Of a stretch of DNA of 64,000 bases, positions 19,339 through 28,300 are shown in pieces (within the stretch, counting starts at the first letter, position 1; every line of letters starts with the position of its first letter). The translations under genes were made by a program, and so were the position numbers. Below the pieces are notes generated by a model. That model was not told where the DNA came from. It saw only the letters and a list, made by a program, of their open reading frames with translations, and ran no database searches. Origin of the DNA: Flavobacteriales bacterium (GTDB taxonomy: Bacteria; Bacteroidota; Bacteroidia; Flavobacteriales_D; Crocinitomicaceae); the NCBI GenBank assembly GCA_947463385.1, contig CANHSL010000003.1:658-64657 (forward strand), read 5' to 3'.

Positions 19339-20475
19339 TTATTTAATTTTAACCTCTACCCTGCGATTTGCTTCTTTCTGTTCTTCAGATTCTGGCTTAG
19401 GAAAGATTGGTTTCGTGTTGCCATAACCAACTGCAGAAAGCCTTTCTGGCTCTATTCCGCAGGAAATTAGATAGTCCACGATACGTTTAGCTCTTTTCTT
19501 AGAAAGTCGCTGAGAACTTAAAGAATTTCCCCCTTCATCATTCACATGGCCTTGAACTTCAATTGAAATACTTGGGTTTAATAATAAGAAATCTTTTAAG
19601 CGTTTCAATCGAGGCATGGATTCCTCCAAAATTATGGCTAGCCCACCTGCGAAATAAATGTCATCTAATTTGGTGATTGCACCATGGGTAATCGGTGCTA
19701 ATAAAATGGTATCGTGATGCGTGGTTGAGGGTATCGGATGCTCAAAAATATCCTTAGAGTAATACCCTTCTGAATCGATGCGCAACGAGGCCTTAAGTTT
19801 ACGTTGGTTATTAACCAAGATGTCGGATCCACGATAGGTACCATCAATTAGGCTAGATGCTACAATCGATAATTTAGCAATTACGGGAAACCCAGTAAGC
19901 TCATCCCTGAAATGTATTCCATAAACAGGAAGTTCTTTTGAATAGGCTAAATTCAGAAGTAAGGAATCCTTTAACACCGTCCCTTCGGATGTTAGTGGGG
20001 TATAGTTTAGCTTTAAATCGATCAAGGGGGTTTTTCCTTTGTTCACATAAAGCGCTATGTAATAATTCTTGTCTGCCGAACATTTGTAAATTGGATTAAG
20101 TGTGTCCTGAGCTGACCTGTTTTCACAAGTCACAAGGTTTGCTTTTTTCGAAGAAATCGCTCCGCAATCGTCTGTTACATTCGTTTCAAAAATGAACACG
20201 ATTATTGAATCTCCAGAGGTGTTTAACGCAAGGCTCATGCGACCACTATGCGGGGGATGAAATTGCAACCAAACTAAATTATTAGAAGACACCGGGAGAT
20301 TACAATACGATTGAATCCCACTTTTGTCTTTCCCTAATTTTCCCTTAAACTTCAATTGATATGTATTATTTGGACTAATTGCTACATTTCCAGCGCATGT
20401 CGAATAATCTTGTTGCGCAAGGAGCGCTTCAACAACTAATAAAAAGAAGAATAGATTAAAGAGCTTTTTCAACAC
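19339..20475 (-). CDS. OmpA-family peptidoglycan-binding protein
   Basis: C-terminal IEVQGHVN..LSKKRAKRIVDYL..GYGNTKP..NRRVEV. Confidence 0.9.
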   Translation of the reverse strand: MLKKLFNLFFFLLVVEALLAQQDYSTCAGNVAISPNNTYQLKFKGKLGKDKSGIQSYCNLPVSSNNLVWLQFHPPHSGRMSLALNTSGDSIIVFIFETNVTDDCGAISSKKANLVTCENRSAQDTLNPIYKCSADKNYYIALYVNKGKTPLIDLKLNYTPLTSEGTVLKDSLLLNLAYSKELPVYGIHFRDELTGFPVIAKLSIVASSLIDGTYRGSDILVNNQRKLKASLRIDSEGYYSKDIFEHPIPSTTHHDTILLAPITHGAITKLDDIYFAGGLAIILEESMPRLKRLKDFLLLNPSISIEVQGHVNDEGGNSLSSQRLSKKRAKRIVDYLISCGIEPERLSAVGYGNTKPIFPKPESEEQKEANRRVEVKIK

Positions 20476-20498
20476 CCATATTTTTGGGTATTAACGAG

Positions 20499-21887
20499 TT
20501 ACTCTAAAATAAGTTTCAAATTTCCACCAATCTGGGTTCGAAGAACGAGATGCGTGCTTGTATAGTAAATCTTATTCAATGAGATGCTGGCTATACGTCC
20601 ACTCATCGCGACACCATCCGTTAATGGTTGATTCAGCGACGTATTAATTTCTTTTTTCATGTCGTCAATCATTGGTGTGTAGTTAAATTTACCTTGTTCC
20701 TCCACTAATTGATTGATTTTTGAATTAAAAAACCACTTCGCAGATTTCAGAAGTACACTTTTTGTTTTCACATCAAAATCGACATTGGTCAATTCAATTT
20801 GCTTTAAGGAATCATTTAATACGGGTGTTGCAAGTAAATAAATCACCCCCCGCTTTGAACCAGAGAACTGTGTTTTAAGAATGATTCGATTGTCGGCTGA
20901 TCCTGAAACCGCTATATCGTCAATAATGATTTTTTTTCGTTTTATTTCAAAAACCTCGCCTTTGAACGAAGACCTAATAAAGTTAGATAGAGAATCATAG
21001 CTCAAGATGACGTCCAAGCCAAAGTTCAATCCATTATCCGCCTTACTCTTGGATAAATCGGGAAGTGCGGACGGAATTAATTGGGGTTTTTCTGTTGTGA
21101 AGGAGGGCGAAACATCAATATTAAAATTAAAACTTGCTTTTTTCCCGCTAAATTTCAACTCACTGATCGCCAAAGAAGAAGGGGCAAGACTTAGGTACCC
21201 ATAGCCCGGAATTTCAGTAGGTTCTTGTAGCAACTTCCAAGATTCTTTTGCTGTGGATTTAATATCGATTGCGCTAAACTGCTTATCTATTTCACGCTCT
21301 AGTACCTTGAGTTGTTTGGTAATTTCTTTTTCAACATCCGTAGTAACATCAATATTTGCTACAGTTAATTCACAGGGATCGAGTAATTCGAATTTCTGTA
21401 AATTCGTGGTAGTTTTAAACGTATAATCAGAATTAACCTTCACTGCTGTGCTATATTTAAGACTAAATTTCCGCATCGGTTCATTTTCCCCACAACTAAC
21501 AAATACTCTAGGAATAATGCATGCCCCTTTTTCATCGGTTAGCGTTTGGCATTTCGGACAATAATTAATTTTCAATTTAAGTTGACCACCCAGCTCATAC
21601 CCAATTTTATTTCCACTTCCAGAAAATTTAATCTCATCTCGTTTTATTGAATAGGCAGTACTTACCCCTTCACACTGCTCATTTTTACCTGAGTAAGACT
21701 TTGGGATTTCCTTTTCCGCTGCCTTTAAATAACTTGAGAGATCAATTTCAACAGGAATGGTAATCGCGGACACCTCGCTGTTTAGTGCAGGGTAGGGTTC
21801 GACAAAGTTCTCAGGAACAGCCGTTTCAATGGCTTTACAGGAGGTGAGAAAACACCCAATTAGTAAGGTATATAGAATTGTTTTCAT
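20499..21887 (-). CDS. DUF4403-family lipoprotein
   Basis: Lipobox LTSC; length and beta-rich pattern resemble DUF4403 (recognition only). Confidence 0.65.
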   Translation of the reverse strand: MKTILYTLLIGCFLTSCKAIETAVPENFVEPYPALNSEVSAITIPVEIDLSSYLKAAEKEIPKSYSGKNEQCEGVSTAYSIKRDEIKFSGSGNKIGYELGGQLKLKINYCPKCQTLTDEKGACIIPRVFVSCGENEPMRKFSLKYSTAVKVNSDYTFKTTTNLQKFELLDPCELTVANIDVTTDVEKEITKQLKVLEREIDKQFSAIDIKSTAKESWKLLQEPTEIPGYGYLSLAPSSLAISELKFSGKKASFNFNIDVSPSFTTEKPQLIPSALPDLSKSKADNGLNFGLDVILSYDSLSNFIRSSFKGEVFEIKRKKIIIDDIAVSGSADNRIILKTQFSGSKRGVIYLLATPVLNDSLKQIELTNVDFDVKTKSVLLKSAKWFFNSKINQLVEEQGKFNYTPMIDDMKKEINTSLNQPLTDGVAMSGRIASISLNKIYYTSTHLVLRTQIGGNLKLILE

Positions 21888-22027
21888 TCAATTATTTTTT
21901 TTAATAACACATGCTGATTAAACCCGAGGTTATAGGTGTTTAATCCAAAGACCAAGCCCTCTTCTTCTTTAATTATTTGGGATTTATTCAAGGACCCAAG
22001 GGTGAAAATCATAACTAAATAGCGCAT

Positions 22028-22051
22028 AAAAAATCCCGCTGTTGCGGGATT
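22028..22051 (-). terminator. Intrinsic terminator of fumC-icd
   Basis: AATCCCGC-AACA-GCGGGATT followed by a T-run on the minus strand, just after the icd stop. Confidence 0.85.
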
Positions 22052-22055
22052 AAAT

Positions 22056-23285
22056 TTAATTCATTTTTGCTTTCAATCCGCGATCTAAGGCATCTAAAAA
22101 CTCTTCCGTATACACGTAATGTTCGCCATGGTTGACTTTATTGCCATGTACACATACCGCCAAATCTTTCGTCATTATTCCAGACTCTACCGTATCAATA
22201 CAAACACGCTCTAAGGTCTCGCAAAAATCGATTAACTCTTGGTTGCCGTCTAATTTCCCTCGGAACGCTAATCCACGTGTCCAGGCAAAAATTGAAGCAA
22301 TTGGATTCGTAGACGTTTTCTTACCCGCTTGATGGTCTCTAAAATGGCGCGTTACTGTTCCGTGTGCAGCTTCTGCTTCCATAACCTCACCGTCAGGGGT
22401 AACTAACACAGACGTCATTAAACCCAGCGAACCAAATCCTTGAGCCACTGAATCAGACTGAACATCTCCGTCGTAATTTTTACATGCCCAAACGAAATTC
22501 CCGTTCCATTTCAAGGCAGAAGCCACCATGTCATCAATTAGTCGATGCTCATAAACGATTCCTGCGGCTTGATATGCCGACTTGAATTCTGCTTGATAAA
22601 TTTCTTCGAAAATATCTTTGAACCGCCCGTCATATTTTTTTAAAATCGTGTTTTTAGTAGAAAGATACAAGGGCCATTTTTTACTGAGCGCCATGTTGAA
22701 ACAGCTGCGTGCAAAGCCGCGAATTGATTCATCGGTATTATACATGGCTAATCCAACCCCATCTCCTTTAAAATTATACACTTCAAATTGCTGCACTTCT
22801 CCCCCGTCCTCTGGAGTAAAGGTCATCGTAAGTTTTCCTTTGCCTTTAAACACGGCGTCTGTTGCGCGGTATTGATCACCAAAGGCGTGACGACCAACAA
22901 TAATTGGTGCAGTCCAATTTGTAACTAAGCGTGGGACATTTTTCATTACGATTGGCTCTCTAAACACCGTGCCATCAAGGATGTTACGTATGGTACCATT
23001 CGGAGATTTCCACATGGACTTTAAATTAAATTCTTTAACACGGGCTTCATCCGGTGTAATCGTAGCACATTTAATTCCTACTTGATATTTCTTAATCGCT
23101 TCTGCGGCATCAATGGTGATTTGATCGTTGGTTTCGTCACGTTTTTCAATTCCTAAATCATAATACTTAATATCGACATCCAAATATGGAAGGATAAGTT
23201 TATCTTTTATAAATTTCCAGATGATGCGAGTCATTTCATCTCCATCCAATTCCACCACTGGATTCGCTACGTTTATTTTTGACAT
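22056..23285 (-). CDS. icd: NADP-dependent isocitrate dehydrogenase (IDH1/IDH2-like subfamily)
   Basis: [36 protein letters not shown]. Confidence 0.97.
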   Translation of the reverse strand: MSKINVANPVVELDGDEMTRIIWKFIKDKLILPYLDVDIKYYDLGIEKRDETNDQITIDAAEAIKKYQVGIKCATITPDEARVKEFNLKSMWKSPNGTIRNILDGTVFREPIVMKNVPRLVTNWTAPIIVGRHAFGDQYRATDAVFKGKGKLTMTFTPEDGGEVQQFEVYNFKGDGVGLAMYNTDESIRGFARSCFNMALSKKWPLYLSTKNTILKKYDGRFKDIFEEIYQAEFKSAYQAAGIVYEHRLIDDMVASALKWNGNFVWACKNYDGDVQSDSVAQGFGSLGLMTSVLVTPDGEVMEAEAAHGTVTRHFRDHQAGKKTSTNPIASIFAWTRGLAFRGKLDGNQELIDFCETLERVCIDTVESGIMTKDLAVCVHGNKVNHGEHYVYTEEFLDALDRGLKAKMN

Positions 23286-23326
23286 GGTCTTTAAATTAAG
23301 GTGTAAAGTTAGTAATTGTTAACCAA

Positions 23327-24724
23327 TTAATCCATGGAACCAATCATCTTGGATGGATCTACATAGATATCATATTCTTCCGGAGTCACATGACCTAAGG
23401 AAACTGCAGCATCTTTAAGGGTAGTACCATTCTTATGTGCATATTTTGCAATCTCAGCCGCTTTATAATACCCGATTTTAGTGTTTAATGCAGTAACTAA
23501 CATCAGTGAATTATTTAGGTGCTTTTTGATTTCCGGTAAATTAGGTTCAATCCCTACCGCACATTTATCTGCGAACGAAACACACGCATCACCTATTAAT
23601 CTTGCGGATTGTAATACATTGGCTGCTATCACGGGCTTAAATACATTCAATTCAAAATGACCGTTGGAACCTCCTATTGAAACCGTTACATCATTTCCAA
23701 TTACTTGGGCACAAACCATCGTTAACGCTTCGGGTTGGGTTGGATTTACTTTGCCTGGCATTATTGATGATCCTGGTTCATTATCAGGAATTATAAGTTC
23801 TCCAATACCACAACGCGGACCTGAAGACAACATTCGAATATCGTTAGCGATTTTCATTAAAGCAACTGCTGATCTTTTTAACGCGCCTGACAACTCCACC
23901 ATGGCATCATGAGCCGCTAAGGCTTCAAATTTGTTTTTTGCAGTTACAAATGGTAGACCCGTAAATTCAGCAATTTTTTTAGCTACTAATACATCGTAGC
24001 CAGCAGGTGTATTCAACCCGGTACCAACCGCTGTTCCTCCAAGAGCAAGTTCTGAAACGGCTTCCAATGCATTGTTGATGCATCGAATGGAATAATCAAT
24101 TTGTGCTACATAACCGCTAAACTCTTGACCAAGGGTTAAGGGCGTTGCATCCATAAAATGGGTTCGACCAGTTTTAACGATGTCCTTAAATGCAATGGCT
24201 TTTTGATCTAATATGTCTCGTAAATGTTTCATTCCCGGGAGTGTAATTTCAACCGTTTGCTTGTATGCAGCAATATGCATTGCGGTAGGATACGTGTCAT
24301 TTGACGATTGCGATTTGTTCACATCATCGTTTGGATTGAGCGCTTTAGCTTCATCAAGTAATGAGCCCCCGGTTAGTACATGTCCCCGGTTCGCAATTAC
24401 TTCGTTACAGTTCATGTTTGATTGTGTTCCAGAACCTGTTTGCCAAATAACCAATGGGAATTCACCATCATGCATTCCGGTAAGCATCTCATCGCATACC
24501 GCCCCAATTAAGTCTCGTTTTTCTATTGGCAGGACACCTAACTCATGGTTAGCGAACGCTGCGGCCTTTTTCAAATATGCAAAGGCATAAATGATTTCTT
24601 TCGGCATGGATCCTTCGGGTCCGATTTTAAAGTTATTTCGAGAGCGTTCAGTTTGTGCTCCCCAATATTTGGAAGCAGGAACCTTTACTTCTCCCATCGT
24701 GTCTTTTTCAATTCTAAATTCCAT
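23327..24724 (-). CDS. fumC: Class II fumarate hydratase
   Basis: [24 protein letters not shown]. Confidence 0.97.
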   Translation of the reverse strand: MEFRIEKDTMGEVKVPASKYWGAQTERSRNNFKIGPEGSMPKEIIYAFAYLKKAAAFANHELGVLPIEKRDLIGAVCDEMLTGMHDGEFPLVIWQTGSGTQSNMNCNEVIANRGHVLTGGSLLDEAKALNPNDDVNKSQSSNDTYPTAMHIAAYKQTVEITLPGMKHLRDILDQKAIAFKDIVKTGRTHFMDATPLTLGQEFSGYVAQIDYSIRCINNALEAVSELALGGTAVGTGLNTPAGYDVLVAKKIAEFTGLPFVTAKNKFEALAAHDAMVELSGALKRSAVALMKIANDIRMLSSGPRCGIGELIIPDNEPGSSIMPGKVNPTQPEALTMVCAQVIGNDVTVSIGGSNGHFELNVFKPVIAANVLQSARLIGDACVSFADKCAVGIEPNLPEIKKHLNNSLMLVTALNTKIGYYKAAEIAKYAHKNGTTLKDAAVSLGHVTPEEYDIYVDPSKMIGSMD

Positions 24725-24753
24725 TGGGTTTGTTTTTATAACTAATTATTGTA

Positions 24754-24779
24754 TACCTTTGTAATCGAACACAAATTTA
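24754..24779. promoter_or_regulatory. Face-to-face Bacteroidetes -7 promoter boxes: TACCTTTG (+, 24754-24761) and TAAATTTG (-, 24772-24779)
   Basis: Exact TAnnTTTG matches between fumC and the divergent small ORF. Confidence 0.65.
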
Positions 24780-24783
24780 CAAG

Positions 24784-24939
24784 ATGATAAGCACTTTTGG
24801 TATTGTTTTATTCCTTTTAATTTTCGGAATGGCATTTTGGTTATTATTATTCCTTCTAGGATTTATTGTTCCTTTTTGGATAACTATTGATATTTTTGAG
24901 CGCTTACGTCCTAAGCGGATTTTAGACGACAAAAAATAA
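24784..24939 (+). CDS. 51-aa small membrane protein
   Basis: Below the ORF-track cutoff: MISTFGIVLFLLIFGMAFWLLLFLLGFIVPFWITIDIFERLRPKRILDDKK; has its own promoter box and terminator. Confidence 0.75.
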   Translation: MISTFGIVLFLLIFGMAFWLLLFLLGFIVPFWITIDIFERLRPKRILDDKK

Positions 24940-24942
24940 TTC

Positions 24943-24965
24943 AAGCCCGCAAGGGCTTTTTTTTT
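24943..24965 (+). terminator. Intrinsic terminator of the small ORF
   Basis: AAGCCC-GCAA-GGGCTT running into a long T-tract. Confidence 0.85.
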
Positions 24966-25002
24966 GCCTTAACGTTTCTGTTCATCCCGGCAATGCGATA
25001 TG

Positions 25003-26322
25003 CTAACGCTTTTTCTTGGGCTTGCCGTATTTTTCTTGCATGGCTTTTTTATGGTTGTACCGCACATTAACCTTTTTGTTTTTCGCTTTTTTCTCGTGAA
25101 AAGAGGCCCCTTTGTTTTCGCGGCTAGGCAATTTGAGGACTTTACCGGGAATGGCAACCACAGGTTTCTCGAATTCTAGTAGTTCCGTTGTGTAGGCCAC
25201 TTGTTTTGGTGTCTTTTCAAATACTAAAGGTTGTTGCATTAGCACTTGAATCGCTTCGAGTGCGGCATCGTCTTTTTCAGAAATGAACGTGATTGCCATT
25301 CCGTTTTTATCCGCTCTTCCTGTTCGACCAATCCGGTGAATGTAGTTTTCAGGATTTTCAGGGATATCGAAATTAATCACATGGGTAACATCCGTTACAT
25401 CAATTCCACGAGCGATTAGATCCGTCGCGATTAAAACACGTGTTGCACCAGTTTGAAAACGTTGAACGGCTTCAAATCTGAAATTTTGAGCTTTATTCGA
25501 GTGAATCACACCGATTGAATCAGATAATTCCTCCTTGATTTCTTCAAACAAGGTATCAGCTAAAGCACGAGAAGAAACGAAAACTAAAATTTTGGAGTCC
25601 CCTTCAAACCCTTTTAATAAATGCCGCAACAAGGATACTTTAGAAAGAAAATTTGGTGCGCGGTACCCTATTTGATGAATTTTATCAATCGGAGAACCTG
25701 CGCGCGCGGCTTCAACTCGGACAGGAGAAATGAGATAGTCTTCTAAAAAAAGAGCCACTTCCTCAGACAAGGTTGCCGAAAAAACCATATGTTGCCTTTT
25801 GGCTGGTAAAAACTCGAACACATTCAATAGCTGTGGCCTGAACCCTAAACTTAAGGTTTCGTCAACCTCATCAATCACTACTTTTTTGATGTGTTTCAAT
25901 TTCAACGATCCACTTGAAGCTAAATCGAAAATCCGACCCGGGGTTCCAACAAGCACATCAAGTCCATTCAAAACCATTGCCGCTTGCGTATTCATGTTGG
26001 CACCGCCATACACTCCTCCAACAACCACATTCATATAGGTAGTTAATTTCTCTACCTCTCTAACCACCTGGGCAACCAATTCTCGCGTAGGCACAATAAT
26101 TAATATTTGAGGATGAGGCCCTTTAGAAAATTCCCACATGCATAAACATGGAAGCAAATAGGCCAATGTTTTTCCTGTTCCTGTTTGCGCAATTCCAATG
26201 GTATCAGCACCCGACATCATCACCTTAAATCCATTGGCTTGAATAGTTGTAGGCGTATGATAACCTAAATCATCCAAGGCATTCCATAGTGGTTTCTTTA
26301 AATTCAAATCGCGAAATGTCAT
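25003..26322 (-). CDS. DEAD-box RNA helicase
   Basis: Q motif PTTIQ, AQTGTGKT, PTRELV, TPGR, DEVD, SAT, ARGID, HRIGRTGRA; basic C-terminal tail. Confidence 0.96.
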   Translation of the reverse strand: MTFRDLNLKKPLWNALDDLGYHTPTTIQANGFKVMMSGADTIGIAQTGTGKTLAYLLPCLCMWEFSKGPHPQILIIVPTRELVAQVVREVEKLTTYMNVVVGGVYGGANMNTQAAMVLNGLDVLVGTPGRIFDLASSGSLKLKHIKKVVIDEVDETLSLGFRPQLLNVFEFLPAKRQHMVFSATLSEEVALFLEDYLISPVRVEAARAGSPIDKIHQIGYRAPNFLSKVSLLRHLLKGFEGDSKILVFVSSRALADTLFEEIKEELSDSIGVIHSNKAQNFRFEAVQRFQTGATRVLIATDLIARGIDVTDVTHVINFDIPENPENYIHRIGRTGRADKNGMAITFISEKDDAALEAIQVLMQQPLVFEKTPKQVAYTTELLEFEKPVVAIPGKVLKLPSRENKGASFHEKKAKNKKVNVRYNHKKAMQEKYGKPKKKR

Positions 26323-26529
26323 AGCCGTAAATTTTATGCAAAGCTAAGTAGACATTATTGAATGTCTTGCATTTAATTTTATCTAAAACACAGGGCTTAC
26401 TTTTTTCAGCGTTTAGCAGGGATTTGTCTACTTGAAGATTCAGAATCAAAGGTAATGTCAAATTAACCCCCATCATCAGCCAATAGTTAACCATTCCGTG
26501 TATATTTTTGCAACAAAATAGAAAAGAAA

Positions 26530-27744
26530 ATGACCAATATTGAGGACTTCAATTATGACCTTCCGGATTCGCACATTGCACGTTATCCAGCAACGCCTCG
26601 AGATACGAGTAAATTACTAGTTTACAATGAAGGAGGAATATTCAATGATCATTATTATAACTTGCCTAAACACCTACCTGAAGAATCCTTATTAATCATA
26701 AACAATAGTAAGGTAATTGAAGCAAGGTTGCATTTTCGAAAACCCACCGGAGGGCAATTGGAAATATTTTGTTTGGAGCATAGTGAAATTTACCCCGATG
26801 TAACTTCGGCGATGCAGCAAAAAGCACACGTTGAATGGATTTGTCAGGTTGGCGGGGTAAAAAAATGGAAATCCGGTACAGTCGAACTTCAGTTTGAATA
26901 CCAAGGAATTACACATACACTCTATGCGCAACAATTGCAGCGTTTAGACGCTGGATTTAAAATTCATTTTCATTGGACGAACGCTCAACTTTGTTTCGGA
27001 GAAATCCTGCACTTAGCCGGAAAGATTCCACTGCCCCCCTACCTCAATCGAGATAATGAGGAAAGCGACAAAACTAATTATCAAACAGTTTATGCCAAAG
27101 AAGATGGTTCGGTTGCCGCACCCACGGCAGGGTTGCATTTGACTGAGGAATTGTTTGCCGCACTTCGAGAAAAACAGATAAATACGGCTATGCTGACCTT
27201 ACATGTTGGCGCGGGAACGTTTAAACCCGTCAAAACTAATACAGCTGAGGGACATGACATGCACTCAGAATTCATCGAGGTGCGACAAGAACTTCTAGAA
27301 GTATTACTTCAAAAACCTGAACAGACAAGAATTGCTGTCGGTACCACGTCGTTACGCACACTTGAAAGTCTATATTGGATGGGGGTTAAACTCATTCAAG
27401 ACCCCCTTTTGATGCTAGAACACGTACAGTTAAGCCAGTGGGAAGCCTATTCACTACCTCAAGAATATTCCTTTACTGAGGCCATTCAGGCGGTATTAAC
27501 ACAATTTAAAAAAGAGCGTTGCGATCAATTCCTAACAAAAACTAGTATGATGATCAAGCCGGGATATCGCATTCGAAGCGTTGATGCAATGTTAACGAAC
27601 TTTCATCAGCCCAAGTCCACCCTTTTACTTTTGATTCATGCCTTTGTGGGGAATGATTGGAAGAAAATTTATGACGTTGCGCTTGCTAATAACTATCGAT
27701 TTTTGAGCTATGGAGATGGAAGCCTGCTGTGGTTGAACAAATAA
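26530..27744 (+). CDS. queA: S-adenosylmethionine:tRNA ribosyltransferase-isomerase
   Basis: IPLPPY, YQTVYA..GSVAAPTAGLH, LHVGAGTF, TNFHQPKSTL, YRFLSYGD. Confidence 0.95.
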   Translation: MTNIEDFNYDLPDSHIARYPATPRDTSKLLVYNEGGIFNDHYYNLPKHLPEESLLIINNSKVIEARLHFRKPTGGQLEIFCLEHSEIYPDVTSAMQQKAHVEWICQVGGVKKWKSGTVELQFEYQGITHTLYAQQLQRLDAGFKIHFHWTNAQLCFGEILHLAGKIPLPPYLNRDNEESDKTNYQTVYAKEDGSVAAPTAGLHLTEELFAALREKQINTAMLTLHVGAGTFKPVKTNTAEGHDMHSEFIEVRQELLEVLLQKPEQTRIAVGTTSLRTLESLYWMGVKLIQDPLLMLEHVQLSQWEAYSLPQEYSFTEAIQAVLTQFKKERCDQFLTKTSMMIKPGYRIRSVDAMLTNFHQPKSTLLLLIHAFVGNDWKKIYDVALANNYRFLSYGDGSLLWLNK

Positions 27745-27796
27745 AAACATTGATAAAGAGCGAGAATCAGAATGAGAATGAAAATGAAGTAAAACA

Positions 27797-27833
27797 AAAA
27801 CGAGAATGACGCTATCGCTCTCATTCTCGTTTT
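27797..27833. terminator. 13-bp hairpin, probably a bidirectional terminator (queA / tRNA locus)
   Basis: AAAACGAGAATGA-N11-TCATTCTCGTTTT with A/T tracts on both sides. Confidence 0.7.
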
Positions 27834-27850
27834 GTGACCCCGGAGGGATT
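27832..27850 (-). repeat. 19-bp direct repeat of the tRNA-Arg 3' end (att-like)
   Basis: TTGTGACCCCGGAGGGATT, identical to 28005-28023. Confidence 0.9.
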
Positions 27851-27884
27851 ACGCTGACGCATTTTCCTAAGGATTTGTTCATAG

Positions 27885-28007
27885 CAAGCTAAAACCCAAA
27901 ACTGCGTAGCAGTTTACGGGTATTTTTGTTTTTAGTCGCTTATCAAAAGATCTTTTGACCGCGTTAAAAACAAAAAACCCAGCACTTTCGTGCTGGGTTT
28001 TTGCTTG
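27885..28007. repeat. ~120-bp imperfect fold-back: two inverted terminator-like arms around a 16-bp perfect palindrome
   Basis: Arm 27885-27934 matches the reverse complement of 27965-28007 except at the inner hairpins; centre TCAAAAGATCTTTTGA at 27943-27958. Confidence 0.75.
27973..28002 (-). terminator. Intrinsic terminator of tRNA-Arg
   Basis: AAAAACCCAGCAC-GAAA-GTGCTGGGTTTTTT on the minus strand, right after the tRNA. Confidence 0.88.
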
Positions 28008-28081
28008 TGACCCCGGAGGGATTCTAACCCCCAACCCTCAGAGCCGAAATCTGATGCGCTATACAGTTGCGCCACGGAGCC
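28008..28081 (-). tRNA. tRNA-Arg, anticodon UCG (CCA not encoded)
   Basis: GGCTCCG TG GCGC AACTGTATA GCGC A TCAGA TTTCGGC TCTGA GGGTT GGGGG TTAGAAT CCCTC CGGGGTC A folds by hand into a complete cloverleaf with the A20 Arg identity element. Confidence 0.93.
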
Positions 28082-28118
28082 ATTGTTTGGCGAGTGAGCA
28101 ACTGAAATACCCAAAGGG

Positions 28119-28195
28119 ACAGTTGCGCCACGGAGCCAATAAATCATGACGTTGCTTGTCCGCCGGAACGGAGTAAAGGAGGACGCCACGGAGCC
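28119..28195 (-). repeat. Two upstream direct repeats of the tRNA 5' end (20 bp at 28119-28138, 12 bp at 28184-28195)
   Basis: ACAGTTGCGCCACGGAGCCA equals 28063-28082; CGCCACGGAGCC equals 28070-28081; periods 56 and 58 bp. Confidence 0.9.
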
Positions 28196-28204
28196 TTTAC
28201 AGGG

Positions 28205-28212
28205 CAAAGATA
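28205..28212 (-). promoter_or_regulatory. -7 promoter box (TATCTTTG) for the tRNA locus
   Basis: Exact TAnnTTTG, 9 nt upstream of the outermost 5'-end copy. Confidence 0.7.
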
Positions 28213-28300
28213 AAACATCTAAGCCATCTAGCCAAAGAAGTCCTTTCATCATGCACTTGAATTTTTTATCTTTATGCAATTAATTGAACTCTCTAAAGAC

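Noticed and set aside
21888..22027. Possible ncRNA between the DUF4403-like gene and icd (weak hairpin GATTAAAC..GTTTAATC)
   Set aside because: Imperfect AT-rich pairing with no recognisable RNA family or clear promoter-terminator pair
27762..27785. Hexamer run GAGAAT-CAGAAT-GAGAAT-GAAAAT
   Set aside because: Only four degenerate units matching the adjacent hairpin arm; too short to call a contingency locus
28063..28195. Mini CRISPR array (repeat-spacer-repeat, ~57-bp period)
   Set aside because: Repeats are 12-20-bp copies of the tRNA 5' end, unequal in length; one spacer is self-complementary to the repeat; no cas genes in the window
27625..28279. ORFs 27625..27882, 27932..28279 and 27955..28149
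   Set aside because: They overlap the queA end, terminators and the tRNA, and show no protein-like features
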